Source: Bacteroidales bacterium (GTDB taxonomy: Bacteria > Bacteroidota > Bacteroidia > Bacteroidales > JAUNSR01). From it: DNA of 64,000 nt. The stretch spans positions 5,143 through 69,142 of the forward strand of contig JAVVPN010000004.1 of the NCBI GenBank assembly GCA_036655755.1, given 5' to 3'. Under the pieces are notes generated by a model that was not told the origin of the DNA, ran no database searches, and saw nothing but the letters and a program-made list of their open reading frames with translations. Of the stretch, positions 58,060 to 64,000 are shown one piece after another. Position numbers and translations under genes: made by a program. Within the stretch, counting starts at the first letter, position 1. The number at the start of each line of letters is the position of its first letter.

Positions 58060-59766
58060 ATGAACAAGAGGATGACAGGATCGGAAGCCCTTATTCAATC
58101 GCTTCTTGCAGAGCAAGTAGATACTTTGTTCGGATATCCGGGCGGGCAGATTATGCCGGTATTTGATGCCTTATTTGATTATCGTGACCGGTTAAAACAT
58201 ATATTGGTGCGTCACGAACAGGGAGCCGTGCATGCGGCGCAGGGATATGCCCGTGTAAGCGGAAAGCCGGGAGTGGTTATTGTAACCTCCGGGCCCGGTG
58301 CCACAAATGTGATTACCGGGGTGGCGGACGCGATGATTGATTCAACGCCTCTGGTCGTAATTACGGGGCAGGTGCCGAACGGTTTGCTCGGGACAGATGC
58401 TTTTCAGGAAACGGATGTGTTGGGGATCACCTTGCCGATTACGAAATGGAGTTATCAGATCAGAAGTGCCGAAGAGATCCCCTCCGCGATAGCGCGTGCG
58501 TTTTTTATCGCCCGTAGCGGACGTCCGGGGCCTGTGGTGCTCGATTTCCCGAAAACGGCACAATTGGGAATGCTCGATTTTAAATATGAGCCGTGCCGCT
58601 ATATTCGCAGTTATGCTCCGGTACCGACCGTAGATGCGGCTGCCATCGCCCAAGCTGCCGAATTGATCAATGCGGCACGCAAACCTTTCGTGATATTCGG
58701 TCAGGGGGTGTTGCTGAGTCATGCCGAAGCCGAATTGAAGCGATTTCTTGAAAAAACCGATATACCGGCGGCGGCCACTTTGCTTGGCTTGTCGGGCTTA
58801 CCATCCGATTACCCGTTGTTTAAGGGTATGGTCGGGATGCATGGTAATCTGGGGCCCAATAAAAAGACAAATGAATGTGATCTGCTGATCGCTATCGGAA
58901 TGCGTTTCGACGATCGCGTAACCAGCGATGTGGCAACGTATGCCCGGCAGGCAAAAATCATTCATATTGATATCGACCCTTCTGAAATCGGGAAGAACGT
59001 ACCGGTTGAGGTAGGAGTATTGGGCGATGCAAAAGAGGTTTTACGCCAATTATATCCGTTGGTTTCTCCCAATAATCATGCCGCATGGAATTGTGAATTC
59101 GATGTTTGTAATGAGATTGAACATGAAAAGGTGATCCTTCCCGAAATAAAACCATCGGGCGATATGCTTACGATGGGCGAAGTGGTTGCCCGGATTTCTG
59201 AAGCGACAGGCAATAAGGCTGTCGTAGTAACCGATGTGGGGCAGAATCAGATGATGGGAGCCCGTTATTCTGGATTTTGTAACACGCGTAGTCTGATCAC
59301 TTCGGGTGGTTTGGGCACGATGGGCTTTGGACTGCCTGCCGCTATCGGAGCTAAAATAGCGGCTCCCGATCGTACGGTATGCTTCTTTACCGGCGACGGC
59401 GGAATTCAGATGACAGTGCAGGAATTGGGTACGATCTTGCAGGAGGGTACCGGGGTTAAGATAATTGTGCTTAACAACAGTCGCCTGGGGATGGTACGCC
59501 AATGGCAGGAGCTCTTTTATCAAGAGCGTTATTCCGAAACCACCATGATTAACCCCGATTTTGTGCAGCTTGCGGCTGCCTATGGTATCAAGGGGTGCTG
59601 TGTAACGGAGCGGAATGAATTGTCGGATGCAATACGGGAAATGCTGGCCGATGACAAGCCTTATCTGCTGGAAGTTGCGGTTGAGGAAAAAGGGATGGTT
59701 TTCCCGATGATTCCCGGAGGGAAATGTGTGGATAAAATGATGTTGAATACGAACGAATGGTATTAA
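58060..59766 (+). CDS. ilvB: Acetolactate synthase large (catalytic) subunit
   Basis: The protein shows TPP-enzyme motifs (GYPGG, GPGATN, GLGTMGFGLPAAIGA, GDGGIQM). Confidence 0.95.
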   Translation: MNKRMTGSEALIQSLLAEQVDTLFGYPGGQIMPVFDALFDYRDRLKHILVRHEQGAVHAAQGYARVSGKPGVVIVTSGPGATNVITGVADAMIDSTPLVVITGQVPNGLLGTDAFQETDVLGITLPITKWSYQIRSAEEIPSAIARAFFIARSGRPGPVVLDFPKTAQLGMLDFKYEPCRYIRSYAPVPTVDAAAIAQAAELINAARKPFVIFGQGVLLSHAEAELKRFLEKTDIPAAATLLGLSGLPSDYPLFKGMVGMHGNLGPNKKTNECDLLIAIGMRFDDRVTSDVATYARQAKIIHIDIDPSEIGKNVPVEVGVLGDAKEVLRQLYPLVSPNNHAAWNCEFDVCNEIEHEKVILPEIKPSGDMLTMGEVVARISEATGNKAVVVTDVGQNQMMGARYSGFCNTRSLITSGGLGTMGFGLPAAIGAKIAAPDRTVCFFTGDGGIQMTVQELGTILQEGTGVKIIVLNNSRLGMVRQWQELFYQERYSETTMINPDFVQLAAAYGIKGCCVTERNELSDAIREMLADDKPYLLEVAVEEKGMVFPMIPGGKCVDKMMLNTNEWY

Positions 59767-59769
59767 GCA

Positions 59770-60348
59770 ATGGAAGAGAATACATTATTTACCGTAACGG
59801 TTTATTCTGAAAACCAGGTTGGTTTGCTCAATCAGGTATCGATTATATTTACCCGGCGCAACCTGAATATCTGGAGTCTTTCGGTATCCGCATCCGCAAT
59901 AGAGGGTATTCATAAATTTACGATTGCTTGCCGTACGTCACGCGCATTGATCGAAAAAGTGGTACGTCAGATCGAAAAACGGATCGATGTAATCAAAGCG
60001 TTTTATTACACCGACGATGAAATCGTCTATCAGGAAATCGCTTTGTATAAAGTGCCTACCGACAAGATGCTCGAAAGCACCGATTTCGAGGCGATGATAC
60101 GCCGTCACAACGCACGTATTCTCGAAATGAACGCGGCATTTACAGTAATCGAAAAATCAGGACACTGTCAGGAAACACAGGCTTTGTTTGATGATCTCAA
60201 CCGTTACGGTGTGTTGCAGTTTGTACGCTCGGGACGTGTTGCAATCACCAAATCGCGCGTAGAGCATGTGTCTAATTTTCTTGAAGAGCAGGAAGTGCGC
60301 CGTTTGCGCGAATGTCAAATGAATAATTGCATGCAGAATGAAAACTAA
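59770..60348 (+). CDS. ilvN: Acetolactate synthase small (regulatory) subunit
   Basis: It has an ACT domain (FTVTVYSENQVGLLNQVSIIFTRRNLNI). It lies immediately downstream of ilvB. Confidence 0.9.
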   Translation: MEENTLFTVTVYSENQVGLLNQVSIIFTRRNLNIWSLSVSASAIEGIHKFTIACRTSRALIEKVVRQIEKRIDVIKAFYYTDDEIVYQEIALYKVPTDKMLESTDFEAMIRRHNARILEMNAAFTVIEKSGHCQETQALFDDLNRYGVLQFVRSGRVAITKSRVEHVSNFLEEQEVRRLRECQMNNCMQNEN

Positions 60349-61087
60349 TTTTACAGGAATTACCCATTATCCTGTTAATTCAAATCAGGTAAACGCCCAG
60401 CAGGAGATGCCTGTTTCTATGGTGGCCCAGTGCCTGATTGATGCGGCTTCACGTCACGCCGAAAAATGGGAATTCGGTTTCCGTCATCTTATACAGAACA
60501 ACCATGCCTGGGTATTGGCCCGGCTTGCTTTTGAAATGGAGCGCTATCCGAAGGTAGATGACGTATTGACGGTCGAAACCTGGGTGGAAGGCGTCAATAA
60601 GCATTTCAGTAGCCGTAATTTCCGAATGCTCGATCAAAATCTGAATGTAATCGGATACGGGCGTAGCATCTGGTCGGTAATCGACTTTGAAACCCGCGAG
60701 TCGGTTGATCTTGCCGGATATGAAACGATCGTGAAACTGGCGCAGGATCTTCCTTGCCCGATAGAGCGTCCCGGACGCATCGGTTCGGTAAAGACCGAAA
60801 CTGGAGTTCCTTACCGGGTGCAGGTAAGTGATCTCGATATTAATCGGCACATGACAAGTGCCCGTTATATCGATCACCTGCTGGATCTGTTCTCATTGGC
60901 GCAATTTGATGAAAACAGAGTGGCCCGTTTTGAAGTGCAGTATCTGAATGAGGCCTTGTATGATGAAAATGTGCTTCTGTTAAAAGAAGCCGCTGCTCAA
61001 GGTGAATATATATTGGAGATGCGCAACGAAAGCGGTATCTCTTTGTGTAAGTGTAAAAGTGTATTTGTTAATTCATTAAATAATTAA
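60338..61087 (+). CDS. Acyl-ACP thioesterase-family protein
   Basis: The 249-aa protein has a double hot-dog layout (WVLARLAFEMERYP, DLDINRHMTSARYIDHLLD). It overlaps the ilvN stop codon by 11 nt. Confidence 0.8.
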   Translation: MKTNFTGITHYPVNSNQVNAQQEMPVSMVAQCLIDAASRHAEKWEFGFRHLIQNNHAWVLARLAFEMERYPKVDDVLTVETWVEGVNKHFSSRNFRMLDQNLNVIGYGRSIWSVIDFETRESVDLAGYETIVKLAQDLPCPIERPGRIGSVKTETGVPYRVQVSDLDINRHMTSARYIDHLLDLFSLAQFDENRVARFEVQYLNEALYDENVLLLKEAAAQGEYILEMRNESGISLCKCKSVFVNSLNN

Positions 61088-61091
61088 AAGA

Positions 61092-62138
61092 ATGGCTATC
61101 ATGAATTTTGGAGGTGTTGAAGAAAACGTTCGCACCCGTGAAGAGTTTCCGTTGGAAAAAGCAAAAGAGGTATTGAAAGATGAAGTAATTGCGGTAATCG
61201 GTTATGGTGTACAGGGCCCTGGTCAGTCACTTAACTTACGCGATAATGGCTTTAACGTAATCGTTGGTCAGCGCAAGGATTCAAAAACATGGGATAAAGC
61301 GATTGCCGATGGCTGGGTGCCGGGCGAAACGCTTTTCGAAATCGAAGAGGCGTGCGAGCGTGCCACGATTATTCAGTACTTGTTGTCGGACGCTGCTCAG
61401 ATCGCAGTGTGGCCAACCGTAAAGAAACACCTTACTCCGGGGAAAGCGCTTTATTTCTCTCATGGTTTTGCTGTTACTTATAAAGAGCGTACAGGAATCG
61501 TTCCTCCTGCAGACGTTGACGTAATCCTTGTCGCTCCGAAAGGATCGGGTACAAGTTTGCGCCGTATGTTTTTACAGGGACGCGGGCTGAACTCTTCTTT
61601 TGCCGTTTTCCAGGATGCGACAGGTCGTGCTATGGATCGTGCTGTTGCTTTAGGAATCGGCGTAGGGTCGGGTTATCTGTTTGAAACTGATTTCCGTCGT
61701 GAAGTGTATTCAGATTTGACCGGCGAACGTGGTACGTTAATGGGTGCGATCCAGGGTATTTTTGCGGCTCAGTATGAGACACTGCGTGCCAACGGGCATA
61801 CGCCTTCGGAAGCGTTCAACGAAACGGTAGAAGAGCTTACCCAATCATTGATGCCGTTGGTTGCTGAAAACGGAATGGACTGGATGTATGCAAACTGTTC
61901 TACAACCGCTCAGCGTGGTGCTTTGGATTGGTGGAAACCTTTCCGTGACGCTACAAAACCGGTATTCGAAAAACTGTATGCTGAGGTTGCTTGTGGCAAT
62001 GAAGCACAGCGTTCAATCGATTTGAATTCAAAACCGGATTATCGTGAAAAACTGGAAGCCGAGCTAAAAGAGTTGCGCGAAAGCGAAATGTGGCAGGCTG
62101 GTGCTACCGTGCGTAAATTGCGTCCTGAAAATAATTAA
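61092..62138 (+). CDS. ilvC: Ketol-acid reductoisomerase
   Basis: The protein shows IGYGVQGPGQSLNLRDNG, HGFAV and LFETDFRRE. Confidence 0.95.
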   Translation: MAIMNFGGVEENVRTREEFPLEKAKEVLKDEVIAVIGYGVQGPGQSLNLRDNGFNVIVGQRKDSKTWDKAIADGWVPGETLFEIEEACERATIIQYLLSDAAQIAVWPTVKKHLTPGKALYFSHGFAVTYKERTGIVPPADVDVILVAPKGSGTSLRRMFLQGRGLNSSFAVFQDATGRAMDRAVALGIGVGSGYLFETDFRREVYSDLTGERGTLMGAIQGIFAAQYETLRANGHTPSEAFNETVEELTQSLMPLVAENGMDWMYANCSTTAQRGALDWWKPFRDATKPVFEKLYAEVACGNEAQRSIDLNSKPDYREKLEAELKELRESEMWQAGATVRKLRPENN

Positions 62139-62194
62139 GCATTGACAGGAGCTGGATAATAACCGTTGCTGTTTTTTGGACTACGTATTTTGTT

Positions 62195-62229
62195 AAGGAG
62201 GATATGCCAAATGCATTTCCTCCTTTTTT
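62195..62229 (+). terminator. Intrinsic terminator of the ilv operon
   Basis: AAGGAGGATATGC-loop-GCATTTCCTCCTT is followed by TTTT. Confidence 0.75.
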
Positions 62230-62341
62230 ATGAATTCATCAACATATTTCCCCGGCCCCTTGTCCGATTTTAAGGTGCTTATTCTTATTCTCCGAAGTAA
62301 AACTTTACTTTTGTGGCTTAATTTTAGGTATTGATTGATTT

Positions 62342-63256
62342 ATGAATATTAAAAATCAGGTCATTAAAGGGCATATAGCCGTATTCCTGGCTGATGTAAT
62401 CTGGGGGCTGAATGCTCCTATCGGTAAAGCTGCGCTACAACACATTTCCGCGTTGTCTCTCACTACGTTCCGGATGACGGGTGCAGCTTTATCGTTTCTC
62501 TTACTCTCGTTATTCCTTCCTCGTGAAAAAGTAGCCCCGGCCGATAAAATCCGCCTTTTCTTTGCCGGATTATTCGGAGTAGCAATCAATCAGGGATTCT
62601 TCATCCTTGGGTTATCCCATACCTCTCCGGTAAACGCCTCTATCGTTACCACTACACTGCCGATAATAACGATGTTATTTGCCGCACTATTTTTGCGCGA
62701 GCCTATCACCGGCAAAAAGATAATCGGTATTTTACTGGGTGCCTCGGGTGCCTTGATTCTTATATTGGGCAATGGCGGTTTTTCTTTTACGGGAAGTATG
62801 AAAGGCGATCTGTTTTGTTTATTGGCTCAAGCCAGCGTAGCGCTTTACCTGACTTTGTTTAAAAAACTTTTCACCCGTTATTCACCCTTTACCGTTCTCA
62901 CATGGATGTTTTGCTTTGCGTCACTTTGTTTTGTCCCTTTCTCATGGCATGAAGTGGCCGCCATATCTTATGGTGCATTGTCGGGCATGGCTTGGGCTCA
63001 AATCGCATTCGTCGTTTTTGGCGGAACGTTCCTCGCCTATATCGGTTTCCAAATAGGTCAGAAGTACCTGCGTCCCACCGTGGTCAGTACCTACAATTAT
63101 GTACAGCCTGTAGTAGCCACGATTGCTGCCGTTTGGGCCGGAATGGATACGTTCGGATTAAATAAGGCGGTCGCAGTTGTCTTAGTATTTTTGGGTGTGT
63201 ATTTTGTTACGCTCAGCAAATCGCGGTCGCAGATGGAGGGCTTAAAGCGGGGATAA
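62342..63256 (+). CDS. EamA/DMT-superfamily transporter
   Basis: The 304-aa protein has about 10 transmembrane helices. Confidence 0.8.
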   Translation: MNIKNQVIKGHIAVFLADVIWGLNAPIGKAALQHISALSLTTFRMTGAALSFLLLSLFLPREKVAPADKIRLFFAGLFGVAINQGFFILGLSHTSPVNASIVTTTLPIITMLFAALFLREPITGKKIIGILLGASGALILILGNGGFSFTGSMKGDLFCLLAQASVALYLTLFKKLFTRYSPFTVLTWMFCFASLCFVPFSWHEVAAISYGALSGMAWAQIAFVVFGGTFLAYIGFQIGQKYLRPTVVSTYNYVQPVVATIAAVWAGMDTFGLNKAVAVVLVFLGVYFVTLSKSRSQMEGLKRG

Positions 63257-63384
63257 AATTTGATATAAAGCTCCGGGGTGTTATATTTGTGATTCGTAAC
63301 TTAATATTAATAAATATTTATCACGAAATCCCGTTTGCATTTTATTCCTAATATCTTTTTAACCTTTAAATTCGATGTATCTTA

Positions 63385-64000
63385 ATGAATCAGCCTCTTA
63401 TTTGTATGACCGTGCTTTCGGTTTTGTCCCTTATTCCAGCGAAAAGTATAAGTGTAAATCAAGTATCTTTTGACGGAACAAGTCAATTTTTAACAACAGC
63501 TCCTGACGGCATTCCGTTTGTAGTAACTGAGCATGGTTGGAATCCTGACAATTTGGGAAATCACCGTGTCGTATTAGAAGCTTCACAAAAAGGAGTTAAT
63601 ACGTTTTATATCCCATGGCGACGTCCCGATTTGCGTCCCGAAACGAAACGCTTGATATTACATGAGGTCGGAAGAGAAAGTGAAAACGATTCGATTCGTA
63701 TTCTTGATTTTAATAATGAATATGCTCGTATCGAGTTTTATGCTCAGGAAGCCGGGAGGCAGTATTATCTTTATTATCTCCCTTATAAAAAAGCTCCTCA
63801 GTGGGGAGATGCCAGATACTATATTCATAATGACTATATTGCACCTGACTCATCCCAGCTGACATTTAACTTTACAGAGGGGCCTGTTGTCAACGGAAAA
63901 GTTGTCCGTTTTGAGAGCCGTAGCAGTTTTGATTATTTTACGTCGATGGGGCTCATCGCAACACGTCAAGAGATAGACAGTCTTGCAGATCATTATCCGC
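63385..64000 (+). CDS. Hypothetical secreted protein, N-terminal fragment (continues past the window end)
   Basis: My own translation from the ATG at 63385 gives MNQPLICMTVLSVLSLIPAKS..., a signal peptide. The frame is then open for 205 codons to the window end. It is absent from the ORF track because it has no stop codon. Confidence 0.5.
   Translation, partial: MNQPLICMTVLSVLSLIPAKSISVNQVSFDGTSQFLTTAPDGIPFVVTEHGWNPDNLGNHRVVLEASQKGVNTFYIPWRRPDLRPETKRLILHEVGRESENDSIRILDFNNEYARIEFYAQEAGRQYYLYYLPYKKAPQWGDARYYIHNDYIAPDSSQLTFNFTEGPVVNGKVVRFESRSSFDYFTSMGLIATRQEIDSLADHYP

Noticed and set aside
1-64000. Mobile elements, prophage, genomic island or defence system, including tRNA-flanked islands, integrases, transposases, toxin-antitoxin pairs and restriction-modification genes.
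   Set aside because: None of the ORFs shows recombinase, transposase, phage structural, nuclease/helicase defence or methyltransferase motifs. No tRNA genes or long terminal repeats were seen. Gene content and density are those of core chromosome.

Overview
This is a 64-kb chromosomal window from a Bacteroidota, probably Bacteroidales-like, genome. The taxon call rests on a SusC/SusD pair, TAnnTTTG -7 promoter boxes 20-55 nt upstream of many start codons, the absence of Shine-Dalgarno sequences, and the gene content. About 50 protein genes are packed tightly and most are housekeeping: dnaA, ftsH, rsfS, cdsA, aroE, glyA, pyrBI, gdhA, class II RNR nrdJ, PBP1A, rfbAB, malQ, manA, and an ilvD-ilvB-ilvN-(acyl-ACP thioesterase)-ilvC operon. 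I found no rRNA, tRNA, CRISPR array, transposase, integrase or recognisable defence genes. The signals that ordinary annotation would miss are regulatory or structural. (1) A 22-codon leader peptide with 14 Ile/Leu/Val residues, plus antiterminator and terminator, sits upstream of ilvD. (2) A 54-codon leader ORF is translated through an intrinsic terminator, after U-tracts, upstream of pyrB, resembling the E. coli pyrL design. (3) A 34-bp motif is conserved in three copies, each in the same orientation 36-60 bp upstream of an unrelated minus-strand gene. (4) A dense palindrome and hairpin cluster lies upstream of a small HsmA-like membrane protein gene. (5) A candidate uncharacterised signalling cluster combines a receiver-domain protein fused to a PPDK_N-type ATP-grasp domain that lacks a phosphohistidine domain, a LuxR regulator with a degenerate receiver, and a RIC/ScdA-like protein that appears to have lost its Cys pair and most di-iron ligands. 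(6) A DUF3127 OB-fold protein ends in an SSB-like DDLPF tip. All product calls come from motif recognition by eye, with no database search, and exact start codons are tentative.
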